A stretch of DNA of 64,000 nt, from NCBI GenBank assembly GCA_963765495.1, contig CAVXWP010000012.1, forward strand, positions 1 through 64,000, written 5' to 3'. The position numbers and the translations under genes were made by a program. This stretch comes from Blastocatellia bacterium. Its GTDB lineage: Bacteria > Acidobacteriota > Blastocatellia > UBA7656. Of this stretch, positions 19,078-28,428 are shown piece by piece. Positions within the stretch are counted from its first letter, which is position 1. Each line of letters starts with the position of its first letter. The notes below the pieces were generated by a model. The model had not been told where the DNA came from, did no database searches, and saw only the letters and a list, made by a program, of their open reading frames with translations.

Positions 19078-19890
19078 TCAAATCCCGAAAAAAACCTTGC
19101 GCGTGGCATCATCCATCTCGTCAAGATCGAAGAGAACGAAGTAGTCAATCGTCTTGAAAAGCCTGTCTATCGCGGGCGGGCCGCAGACCTTTGCCCCGTA
19201 TCGCAAATAGATTCTGAACAACTGCGGAATCTTTGCTTCCTCGGAAGGGAGCGCAACGAATCCATCGGGGTAACATTCCAGCTCTTTTCTCGGCGGCGCA
19301 AAAAAGCTCGCGTGCATGTACCCGCCTTCTTCGAGAAGATCAAAGACCAGCTTGCCCTCGTTTGGATCCTGGCTCGTAAGCGAACAGCAACCGAACAGGT
19401 ATCGCTTGCGGCACCGCAACAGGTAAGCGGCCAGCCCTTTCCAGAGCAGAAAGAGCACCTGAACATTTCTGTGCGTGCGACTGATGCAGGCCCGGCCCAG
19501 TTCGACCGACTCTTCGAGCACGCCCGAGGGAAGATGCGAGAGATCGAATTCGCCCGCCGAATAAAAGCCGCTTCCGCGCGCGGCCATCTCGCCCGTTTGA
19601 AGGCGATATGTGCCAACTATCTGGTCTGTCGCTTCCTCTACTACGATAAGGTGATGGCATACGGCATCAAACTCATCACAGTCGCGTCCGGTTTGAAAGG
19701 ATGAGTCCAGCCCTTCTCCGAGCTCAAGATTGAAGACCTCAAATCTGAGCTTAAGCACCTGATCAAGCTCTTGCCGGTTGCGGGCGAAGCGGGCTGTGTA
19801 GGCCCCTTCGGAGATCTCAATTTCAGGTATGGCAAGGGCGCTTGTCGGATAGGTTTCTGTCGCCGTGAGGGCGCTATGATCTATAAGCAT
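19078..19890 (-). CDS. GNAT N-acyltransferase of the OlsB (ornithine N-acyltransferase) type
   Basis: [56 protein letters not shown]; GGAGGAG site. Confidence 0.85.
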   Translation of the reverse strand: MLIDHSALTATETYPTSALAIPEIEISEGAYTARFARNRQELDQVLKLRFEVFNLELGEGLDSSFQTGRDCDEFDAVCHHLIVVEEATDQIVGTYRLQTGEMAARGSGFYSAGEFDLSHLPSGVLEESVELGRACISRTHRNVQVLFLLWKGLAAYLLRCRKRYLFGCCSLTSQDPNEGKLVFDLLEEGGYMHASFFAPPRKELECYPDGFVALPSEEAKIPQLFRIYLRYGAKVCGPPAIDRLFKTIDYFVLFDLDEMDDATRKVFFGI

Positions 19891-20137
19891 AGAAACTCCT
19901 CCAGGGTTCATTTTTCAGTTGTACCCTCTACGCCTTTTAGCTCTTACCAGAATCAACCGACGAGTCTTTCACCAGAATAATAGAGGCCCTGTAACAAAGT
20001 GAATATAGCTGTACTCTCATAAAACTACAATATCGCAAAGAGCAAAAAATTATTCCGCCAATCCGGGACCATTCAGTTTTGGCCCGAGCATTTGGCGGCA
20101 AAAACCTTAAGGTTAATTTGACCGAAGGGCTTGCGCT

Positions 20138-20239
20138 AATAGGCCACGGATTCGACGGATCGGACAGATTTTCACGGATTACACCCAATTAGGTCTGATC
20201 CGTGAAAATCCGCCGCATCCGCGTCCGTCCCGGCCTATT
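20138..20239. repeat. 9-mer inverted-repeat element with AATAGGCC...GGCCTATT termini
   Basis: Arms of about (NNNCGGATT)n; 23 bp are the exact reverse complement of 13375-13397. Confidence 0.85.
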
Positions 20240-20291
20240 TCAAATATTCTAACCTGCATTTTGAAAATCTTTATGATTCCACGAAATCGAA

Positions 20292-21629
20292 TCACTTCAA
20301 CCCGGCTATTACGGCTTTTGCCTGACGATCTTCGCGCTCTGTGTGCGAAACCGTAGGCGCGCGCGAGGTCATGAATTTAACCAGGTCTTTTGAAAACAGC
20401 AGGTCGAGCGTCCAATCTATTGCCACGCGCACCTTCTTTTCAAAGCGCGGCAGCTTGCTCAGATAGATAGTCCGCCACATCCACCACGCAATGAAGCCGG
20501 AAAAGTTGTACCCCATGATCGAAGCGACTCCCGACCTTCTTCCGATCGAAGCCAGTTGACCTATGGTAGAAAACTCGAATGGTCTCTTTCTGCCTCCTCC
20601 GATCGCAGCCGTGATGTTTTGCGCCACCACCTTGCCCTGCCGCAAGGCGTGCTGGGCCGTGGGCGGGAAGTAGGCTCCCGTCTTCGGGTCTGGAACCTGA
20701 GCGCAATCGCCGAGCGCCCAGACGCCGGGAAAGCCTTCGACTTCCATGAATTCGTTGACTCTTATGCGCCCGCGCTCCTTCATACAGGGCAGGGTCTCAA
20801 GCAGCGGATTAGGAGAAGTCCCCGCGGTCCAGATCAGCGTGTTTGTTGTGATCGTGGTCCCGTCGCTTAACTCTACTTCCCGGTCCGTCACGGCTTTGAC
20901 TCTGGTGCTTGTGAGTATCTCGATCTTGCGAGCAGCGAGCTTTTCCTGAGCATACCGGCCAAGCTTTGCGCCAAGCTCAGGCAATATCACATCTCCCGGA
21001 TGCACAAGCACCATGCGGAGCATGTCTTCATTCAGATGAGGATAAAACTTTACGGCTTCCCGAAGAAAATCGTTTATCGAGGCGATGGTTTCCACACCGG
21101 CAAATCCCCCACCCGCAACCACTACCGTAAGCAAAGGCTCGCGCACATAAGGGCAGCATTCGAAATCGGCCTCCTCCATGTTCTGAATCAGCCGATTGCG
21201 CAGGTAGAGAGCATCGCCGAGTGATTTCATCGTAAGCGCGCGATCTTCAAGCCCGGGAAGATTGAAGAAGTTTGTGATAGAGCCGAGCGTGATCAAAACG
21301 TGATCGTATTCAAGATCGTGATGATGATGTTGGTCGCCGTGCGAAACCCTCACAACCTTGTTGTGAAGATCAACCGCTTCAACGTCCCCGTCAAAGAATT
21401 TAACTCGCCCCAGGAGTTTGCGGATAGGGTTGACGATATGAGTTATATCCAGGTCGCTTGCGGCAACTTCGTGGAGCATCGGCGTGAAGAGAAAAAAGTT
21501 CTCCTTGTTTATGAGCGTGACCTCGACATTTGGATCGCGGGCCAGCGTCTTGTCAAATTGCATAGCCGCATACACCCCGCCAAATCCGCCCCCGACAATC
21601 AATACCTGTTTCTTTTTTGCAGTACTCAT
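20292..21629 (-). CDS. ndh: Type II NADH dehydrogenase family FAD oxidoreductase
   Basis: GGGFGG, FTPMLHEVA, GGGFAGVE, WTAG, ALGDCA, PPTAQHA. Confidence 0.9.
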   Translation of the reverse strand: MSTAKKKQVLIVGGGFGGVYAAMQFDKTLARDPNVEVTLINKENFFLFTPMLHEVAASDLDITHIVNPIRKLLGRVKFFDGDVEAVDLHNKVVRVSHGDQHHHHDLEYDHVLITLGSITNFFNLPGLEDRALTMKSLGDALYLRNRLIQNMEEADFECCPYVREPLLTVVVAGGGFAGVETIASINDFLREAVKFYPHLNEDMLRMVLVHPGDVILPELGAKLGRYAQEKLAARKIEILTSTRVKAVTDREVELSDGTTITTNTLIWTAGTSPNPLLETLPCMKERGRIRVNEFMEVEGFPGVWALGDCAQVPDPKTGAYFPPTAQHALRQGKVVAQNITAAIGGGRKRPFEFSTIGQLASIGRRSGVASIMGYNFSGFIAWWMWRTIYLSKLPRFEKKVRVAIDWTLDLLFSKDLVKFMTSRAPTVSHTEREDRQAKAVIAGLK

Positions 21630-21850
21630 TTGACTCCTCCTGACAGGCCCCGCTGAACGAGCATATTGTGGCGCGCCTGTCACTAGGTTACATCCATCTT
21701 CAACGGAGATTTATTCCAGAAAAAGTCGCGCAGGTTATCGGTGGAGACGAATTCGAATGATGAGCAGGCGGTAACAGACCACGGATGATGCGGTCTATTT
21801 CTAATTCTCTTACCCTGGCAATGCTTGCAGCTTCATCTGCGACGATCCTA

Positions 21851-22600
21851 TCAATCAAGCCCGGCAAACAGATCGTCTTCCAGATCGGGCAAAAGACCCG
21901 CTATCGATGCCGCCCGGTGATAAGTCTCCTCGCCGCCGTTTGCCTGTATCCATTCAAGCAATCTCGGCATCCACTCCTGCTGGCTGCGATGCAACCGGAA
22001 GGTCTCGATCTTTTTTTCAATAAACGCGGAGGTATCTATCACGGTAGTGATGGGCATAAAGGGTCTGCTCATTTCGCGCCAGGGTGTCGCGCGCCCGCTC
22101 ATATAATAAAACTTCCTGATAAGATGAGGCTCAAGACCCTCGCTCAAATGAAAAGAGAAGCTTGCCGGATCGCCCGCCGTCGAGACCGCTATAGTCGCGA
22201 TCTGCGAGATTGCTTTGTGGTCCCTGTGCTCGTTGCCCGCGCCTTCGGGGCCGAATGTCACCACCACAAGGGGGCGTTCCCGTCGTATGAGGCGGACCAC
22301 TTTTTCTTCCACTTCCAGTTCATCGGCCTGATCGAGTTTGCCATCCATGTAGTTAAGAAAATGTATCTCGGCGATGCCCAGAAAGCGGGCGGCGGCGCGA
22401 GCTTCCTCTTCGCGCACGCGGCCAAGCTCTTCGGGAGTCGAAGCAAACCCGCCCGCTCGGCCCGCCTGCCCGCTCGTGGCTATGACGGCGGTGATGCGCG
22501 CGCCTTCGCTTGCATATCTGGCTATAGTTCCGCCCGGCCCGAATGTTTCATCATCCGGGTGCGCCAGCACAAACATCAATTTTTTGCCAGTTGTTGCCAT
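21851..22600 (-). CDS. PIG-L family deacetylase (BshB/MshB-like)
   Basis: AHPDDE, HRDH, HRSQ. Confidence 0.9.
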   Translation of the reverse strand: MATTGKKLMFVLAHPDDETFGPGGTIARYASEGARITAVIATSGQAGRAGGFASTPEELGRVREEEARAAARFLGIAEIHFLNYMDGKLDQADELEVEEKVVRLIRRERPLVVVTFGPEGAGNEHRDHKAISQIATIAVSTAGDPASFSFHLSEGLEPHLIRKFYYMSGRATPWREMSRPFMPITTVIDTSAFIEKKIETFRLHRSQQEWMPRLLEWIQANGGEETYHRAASIAGLLPDLEDDLFAGLD

Positions 22601-22648
22601 TACGATCAACCTCAGATGCTTTGAAAGCAAGAGTCATCAGCACACGTT

Positions 22649-23464
22649 TCAATGATCTGCCGGGGCTATCTGGCTCGCGACCTCTTCTATGAAATTGATC
22701 AGTGCGTTATTAAACTCGGACGGGCGCTCCATGTTTGACAGGTGGCCCGCGCCTTCGATCACTTGCAGATTTGAGCCGGGTATCCCGTTGCGAAGGGCTT
22801 CGGCCTCGGCGGGCGGCGTAAGCGTATCTTCCGAGCCTACGAGTATGAGCGTGGGGCAGGAGACGCCCGCCAGAATATAAATAGAATCTGCGCGCGCGGC
22901 CATGCCATTTTGAGCGGCGGCTATCGCTTGCGGAGAGTTGGCTTCGATCATCTCGCGCACACGCCGAACCACATCCGGTCTATTTTCTACGGTTGCGCGC
23001 GCAAGCAATAAGGAAACCATGTCGTCGGCTATAGCGGCTGCGCCTTCGCGTTCGGCCTTTTCAGCAGATTTCATTCTACGCCCGCGCCCCTCTTCCGTAT
23101 CGGCGCTCGCTCGCGTATCGGCAAGCACCAGGGCGTGCACCGCATCAGGATAATTCCGATAAAAGGCGAGCGAAATGTAGCCTCCCATGGAAAGCCCCGC
23201 AATCACTGCCCGCTCAATAGAGAGCGCCGACATCAAAGCGCGTATGTCTGAGGCCATCTGATCCATAAGGTACGGGCCTGCCGGCACATCCGAACGGCCA
23301 AAGCCGCGCAGGTCGAGCGTAACCACCCGTAAACGCCCTCGCAGCGCCGAGACCTGCTCGTCCCACATCGTCTGGTTGAGCGGGAATGCGTGGATCAAAA
23401 TGACGGGCAGCCCCGCGCCTTCGTCTCGATAATCTATATTGATCCCGTTTATTTTTGCTTTCAT
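22649..23464 (-). CDS. Alpha/beta hydrolase (enol-lactonase-like)
   Basis: HAFP, GLSMGG, GSEDTLTP, GAGHLS. Confidence 0.9.
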   Translation of the reverse strand: MKAKINGINIDYRDEGAGLPVILIHAFPLNQTMWDEQVSALRGRLRVVTLDLRGFGRSDVPAGPYLMDQMASDIRALMSALSIERAVIAGLSMGGYISLAFYRNYPDAVHALVLADTRASADTEEGRGRRMKSAEKAEREGAAAIADDMVSLLLARATVENRPDVVRRVREMIEANSPQAIAAAQNGMAARADSIYILAGVSCPTLILVGSEDTLTPPAEAEALRNGIPGSNLQVIEGAGHLSNMERPSEFNNALINFIEEVASQIAPADH

Positions 23465-23470
23465 TGTTTT

Positions 23471-23534
23471 GCCTCTTAAATTATGGGCCTCTTAAATTAT
23501 GGGCCTCTTAAATTATGGGCCTCTTAAATTATGG
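23471..23534. repeat. Perfect tandem repeat (GCCTCTTAAATTATGG)x4, 16-bp unit
   Basis: Read directly; no spacers. Confidence 0.95.
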
Positions 23535-23955
23535 CGGCAAAACGACTCAATCGCCGCACCCGATTTGCATCAAAATGGAAATTCAGATGTTAGCAGAAAA
23601 CGATCCTGTGTTTCACGCCGGAGGGCAATTGCAGCATCTCACCAGCTCGAAAAACTGTCCGCCTGCGCCTCCGCAACCGAGAAAGACCACCATTTAGCCC
23701 TGTCATTCGACCCGCAACAAAATTGCAACAATTTGGCGCAAGCTTTTGTGCTGTAGCAAGTAAGGAAGGGGGTTGAGCATTCGGTGAGGCAAAAAGGGGC
23801 TTTTGGCTGGCAGATTCTTTGACTTCGCATGGTATACTCACCGTCTTTTGTGAAACGTGCCGTTTGGAGTTTTGAAGCGTAACGAGCAAGGTGGGATTCC
23901 TGGCATTGGTTACTCCCTGCGGCGCAAGTTGTTTACCAAATAATAGGAGGCACGA

Positions 23956-24600
23956 ATGAATCAGTTACCAGGCAGGAGATTCACCAAAGGCCTCTCCTCA
24001 GGCTTATCAATCCTGGCGATATTTGCAGTTGGATACTGCTTAAGTTCGAGCGTGAATTCGGTATATGCCGAAGACCCTCTCACCACTCAGGCTAAATCGC
24101 CAAACAATGATTTCAAAACCCCGCCAAAGCTTTCAGATGCTATTACCTCGAAAAAAGAGACCGGGCAGACAGATGTATCTGCTTCGAGCCAGTCGCCCTC
24201 AACTCCTCTCGCAATCGACGAGAGCAAAGGCGTGCCTGGCAGCGTCGCAAGTGAAAGCGATAATGGGGACAAAGGTGAATTGCAAGATTTTCAGGCAACC
24301 GCTTATTGCCTGAAAGGCCGCACGGCTTCGGGCACTTATACAGAGCCGGGCGTGATAGCGGCTGACCCGCGCGTTTTGCCGCTTGGCACCGTGGTCCACA
24401 TACGAGCAGGCAGGTATACGGGGACTTATACGGTTAAGGACACGGGAGGTCACATAAGAGGACGCAAAGTCGATATTTACGTCCCGAATTACAGAGAGGC
24501 CAAAGCATTCGGCAGACAGCGGATAAAGATAAAAGTCATCAGCGGCAAATCTAAGCGAAAAGCCGCTGATCCCGCGCGAAAGAATCGCACACAAGAATAA
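23956..24600 (+). CDS. Exported 3D-domain protein (peptidoglycan-active family)
   Basis: ATAYC, GRTASG, IAADPRVLPLGT, DTGGHI, VDIY; AGGAGG site. Confidence 0.9.
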   Translation: MNQLPGRRFTKGLSSGLSILAIFAVGYCLSSSVNSVYAEDPLTTQAKSPNNDFKTPPKLSDAITSKKETGQTDVSASSQSPSTPLAIDESKGVPGSVASESDNGDKGELQDFQATAYCLKGRTASGTYTEPGVIAADPRVLPLGTVVHIRAGRYTGTYTVKDTGGHIRGRKVDIYVPNYREAKAFGRQRIKIKVISGKSKRKAADPARKNRTQE

Positions 24601-24664
24601 AGCGGGCAATAATCTGTAAATTCGAGTTTATATCAGCCCCTCCAACTCGACAGATCGCAAAACA

Positions 24665-24709
24665 CGAAGAGCTTGCAGTCGCGCAAACGGCGCAACCGCA
24701 AGCTCTTCG
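24665..24709. terminator. Hairpin between convergent genes, possible terminator
   Basis: CGAAGAGCTTGC...GCAAGCTCTTCG 12-bp stem. Confidence 0.55.
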
Positions 24710-24736
24710 CGTTCTTTGGAAAAGATTAGAATAGCC

Positions 24737-24801
24737 GCCGCAGACACAGAAACACAGAGAAAAGATCACAAAAAATCTCTGTGCCTTTGTGTCTCTGTGG
24801 C
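24737..24801. repeat. 8-mer (CACAGA) inverted-repeat element
   Basis: GCCGCAGACACAGAAACACAGAGA ... TCTCTGTGCCTTTGTGTCTCTGTGGC. Confidence 0.8.
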
Positions 24802-24842
24802 AAATTTTCTCCCTTTCTGAACGGATTCGTTTTTTGAGCAAA

Positions 24843-26738
24843 CTACTCGGCGGCATCGAGCGAACTGTTGAGCGAACCGCGTCTTGCGGTGGCGAGCGAA
24901 AAATATCGCACAAGCGCGTCACGATAGCGATCAAGCTTGCTCACAGTCGAGCCCGGCGCATCTGACCCTTTCTGTGTCAGCAGGACAAAGGCGATGCGAA
25001 AATCCTTTGACGCGGTGTCGGCGTCGGGCACGCGCTGGCCCTCGCGCTCTGCGATCTGGGCTACGGATGTCTGTTTGCGTGTCGCGCTCATCGTCACACC
25101 CGCAAGCGGGGATTTTCCGCGCACAATGTCACGCAAGTCTTCGGGCACATCATAGTAAGTAATGCTTCCCACTTCATCTGCCCGACGAAGGCCCATCAGG
25201 TATTGATCGAGAGGGCTGAAATAGTTGACGGCCGATTCGGCCGTGGTGAAAGTGCCGTTGCCGTTATCGCGCCACGCATTGCCCTCCATCAAAGACGAAA
25301 AGCTGCCTTCGTCGTTGGTTCGCGTGTCGGCCAGAAAACTCCAGTGACTTCCATCGCGCCCGATCAAATCATCTTTGATGTCGTGGTCGGCGTCGAAGCG
25401 CACATAGACCAGCCATCTGTGCCCCTGTTCGTGACAAACTATGCTTATGGCGGTGTTGAGCCCTACGACATGAGACTGCGGGTCGGCAGGCCAGTTGTGC
25501 ACGACATCACCCATGACGATTATGGTAGACAATTTCGCGGCGCTGCCATAGATCGCTCCCCTGTCGAAAATATCCAGCCCGATTCCTTCGATGTCGTTAC
25601 GAACGTTGAACGAATGGGCATACCCCGGTCCGTTATCAAACGCAAAATCGGTCCACAGATACAGCGTGTCGAAATCGTCTCCGAACGAGCTGTAAAAGGC
25701 TCGCGCCAGAGCCGGAATATCCAATCGCTTCTGTTTGGTAAAGGTTTCGAATACAGGCGCGGAGATTGAATCTCCGGGCGGGGATGAAAAATCTATCTGG
25801 GCAGGCAGTTCGTCGTAACCGCCCGGCGAGATGCCTACGAGCGACGACCGGGCCTTGATCTTTTTGTAGACGAAGGCGATGTGTCCGTCATCATAAAGGA
25901 TGATCTGAAATGTGTTTGCGCCTGAGCTTTGATCGTCGCCCACTCCGTTCCAGGTGACGACGTGACCGTTTGCAAGGCGATTGTAATTAATAGTGCCGCG
26001 AAAGACTACGTCGAGATCGGACCATAGCGCGGCTATGCGAGGCACCGAGGTAGCGAAAGCCGACGATGACGGGCGCGCGCTGATGTCGCCTTGATCGAAT
26101 GTTATGTAGCCGTTGGTCCCTATATAGATCGTGTCATAGAGTTTTCCGTAGAAGGGGAACCGCGCGCCCGGAAGCGGTATCTTTCGGAACCCGTTGTCGG
26201 CCGACGCCTGGGCGGTCTCCTGCCCAAGAAATTCACCTATCTTGAAGCCAATATCTTTTACGAATTCCACAGAGTCGCGCGTAATCGTGTAACCGGCTCC
26301 TTCGGGCGTGAAGAGTATAGAGCTTTTTTTTAGATCGAACTTGTTTGACGAGATCAAAATCGAACCGTCGTCTTCGATCAAGGCGATATCGCCTGCGCGT
26401 TCGACTCGCGCGCTGCCTGATGCGGACGCAAGCGCATCAGTCCTCATATGGTTCATCCGCGCCGTATTCAGTCTTTGATTCAGCCAATCATCTTGAGCGC
26501 CCCGAGCATCATAGCCGCAGGTGTCTCTCTTGCCGGGCAACAGCTTGATATTCGATTGAAAACCCTCCTCAAATACATTCGCGCTGCTCGATATGGAGCC
26601 GACGCCCAGGGGGTAGGATACAAACGCAGCAACCAGAAAAATAGCGGCAAGCATAGACAGCCTCGGGCTTCGGACTTCGAATCTGCGGTCGGGATTAAAG
26701 GCGGTGGAATTTTTTTTCATAATTTTATACGGCAACAT
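24843..26738 (-). CDS. Exported protein with a nidogen-like domain and an HExxH metallopeptidase domain
   Basis: Hydrophobic leader; FPFYG, IGTNGYITF, IAALWSDL, NTFQIIL; CHEQGHRW and LDQYLMG; start uncertain. Confidence 0.75.
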   Translation of the reverse strand: MLPYKIMKKNSTAFNPDRRFEVRSPRLSMLAAIFLVAAFVSYPLGVGSISSSANVFEEGFQSNIKLLPGKRDTCGYDARGAQDDWLNQRLNTARMNHMRTDALASASGSARVERAGDIALIEDDGSILISSNKFDLKKSSILFTPEGAGYTITRDSVEFVKDIGFKIGEFLGQETAQASADNGFRKIPLPGARFPFYGKLYDTIYIGTNGYITFDQGDISARPSSSAFATSVPRIAALWSDLDVVFRGTINYNRLANGHVVTWNGVGDDQSSGANTFQIILYDDGHIAFVYKKIKARSSLVGISPGGYDELPAQIDFSSPPGDSISAPVFETFTKQKRLDIPALARAFYSSFGDDFDTLYLWTDFAFDNGPGYAHSFNVRNDIEGIGLDIFDRGAIYGSAAKLSTIIVMGDVVHNWPADPQSHVVGLNTAISIVCHEQGHRWLVYVRFDADHDIKDDLIGRDGSHWSFLADTRTNDEGSFSSLMEGNAWRDNGNGTFTTAESAVNYFSPLDQYLMGLRRADEVGSITYYDVPEDLRDIVRGKSPLAGVTMSATRKQTSVAQIAEREGQRVPDADTASKDFRIAFVLLTQKGSDAPGSTVSKLDRYRDALVRYFSLATARRGSLNSSLDAAE

Positions 26739-27102
26739 GGTTGAGGCGGTATCGTTCCCTCTTCGGCATTATATGGAAGTTTTGCGGTCGGCGACAACCT
26801 GTCCAAACAAGTGGCAGACTTGAAATATGAATTATCTGCTTGACAAACGATATGCATTGGCATAAAAGGGGGCAATCAGAGCTAAGCCCCATAGGTGCAG
26901 GACGCGAGTGCGTGACGAGCCGCACCAGGCGAGGTTATAATTTATCCAAGAGAACTTGTCCAACGTGCAAGGGTTGGATTTCATCTTAGAGCAGAATCGA
27001 CTGCTGTTTCTCAAACAGGATGGCCCGGCCTTTGTGGCTGTCAATGCGCCCGCAGGATTAACCCAGGCGTATGCCTTCTGTTTTAGCTTGGAGTAATTAG
27101 AA

Positions 27103-28299
27103 GTGGAACAAATGCAAGAACAAACACATAGCCATAATAGAATCCCCCTCAATCCCGATATGAAGAGTCCTCGCGCACAGGAGTTTGAAACCAAACTATC
27201 CGGCCTCATAGTAGGCCAGGAACGTGCGGTTCGCCGCATATCGGGTCTGTATCAAATATTCCTCGCAGGGATGCAAAACCCCGGCAGACCAATCGGGACG
27301 ATGTTGTTTCTCGGTCCTACCGGATCGGGCAAGACCCGTGTGGTCGAGGCCGCCGCCGAAGTCCTGTTTGGCGATGTCAACGCAGTCGTCAAAATCGATT
27401 GCGCTGAATTTCAGCACTCGCACGAGATTGCCAAGCTCATAGGCTCGCCTCCCGGCTATCTGGGCCATCGCGAGACCGCGCCTCTCCTCACCCAGGAAAA
27501 CCTCGATAAGTATCACACCGAACAGGACAAGCTTACCTTTGTTCTGTTCGATGAAATCGAGAAGGCGTCGGATGCGCTGTGGCAACTCTTACTGGGCATA
27601 CTCGACAAAGCGACGCTTACTTTAGGCGACAACCGAAAGGTCGATTTTTCGCGCTGCATGATTTTTCTCACCTCGAACCTCGGCGCGAAAGAGATGAGCG
27701 AGTTGATCACCGGCTCGATAGGTTTCGCTCCCGCGCGGGGCAAAAACATGATCGAAGACGAGGTCGATCAGAAGATATATCGCACGGCATCCGAGGCAGC
27801 CAAGCGAAAGTTTTCACCCGAATTCATGAACCGCATTGATAAGGTCGTAGTCTTTCGAAGCCTCAAAGAGCATCATCTCAAGCAGATACTCGAGCTTGAA
27901 CTCGGGCAGGTTCAGGACCGCATCATGAAGGGAAGCGGCGAAAAATTCGTCTTCACCTGCACGGAAGAGGCAAAGAAATTCCTGCTCGATGAAGGGATAG
28001 ACTTCAAATACGGCGCGCGCCATCTGAAACGCGCCATCGAACGCTTTCTGGTTTATCCGATCTCGAATCTGGTCGCCACGGGACAGGTAATGACAGGCGA
28101 TCTGGTCGTGATAGATTTCGACGGGGGCAGCGGCAAACTCGTCTTCAATAAGGAGGAGGGGGGCGCTCTGATCGGCGATTATCGGGAAAAGTATCAGGAG
28201 ATGTTCCAACCAGACACTAACGAGCAGGCGCTTGCCGCCGAGGCTACAGGCACGGACCTGGTCACCGCGCCGCTCACCGCGCTTGAAAAACAGGAGTGA
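27103..28299 (+). CDS. Single-module Clp/Hsp100 ATPase (ClpA/B/C second AAA+ domain only)
   Basis: GPTGSGKT, GSPPGYLG, LFDEIEKA, TSNLG, SIGF, PEFMNRID, GARHLKR; no N-domain or D1. Confidence 0.88.
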   Translation: MEQMQEQTHSHNRIPLNPDMKSPRAQEFETKLSGLIVGQERAVRRISGLYQIFLAGMQNPGRPIGTMLFLGPTGSGKTRVVEAAAEVLFGDVNAVVKIDCAEFQHSHEIAKLIGSPPGYLGHRETAPLLTQENLDKYHTEQDKLTFVLFDEIEKASDALWQLLLGILDKATLTLGDNRKVDFSRCMIFLTSNLGAKEMSELITGSIGFAPARGKNMIEDEVDQKIYRTASEAAKRKFSPEFMNRIDKVVVFRSLKEHHLKQILELELGQVQDRIMKGSGEKFVFTCTEEAKKFLLDEGIDFKYGARHLKRAIERFLVYPISNLVATGQVMTGDLVVIDFDGGSGKLVFNKEEGGALIGDYREKYQEMFQPDTNEQALAAEATGTDLVTAPLTALEKQE

Positions 28300-28428
28300 T
28301 TTCAACGATAATTTTGAGCGCGACAGGCCCGGCAGAAACTTTACTTGCCGGGCCTGTTCGTTTGCGCGGCAGGGGCAGTTTGCCCGGGCAAGTGCGCCGG
28401 ATACAACAATCGCTTTGAGCATCGGGAT

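Noticed and set aside
23471-23534. Possible CRISPR array (also 37448-37525)
   Set aside because: Units are 16 bp and contiguous with no spacers; no cas genes in the window.
23760-23955. c-di-AMP or c-di-GMP riboswitch before the 3D-domain gene
   Set aside because: The context would fit, but no aptamer consensus was found.
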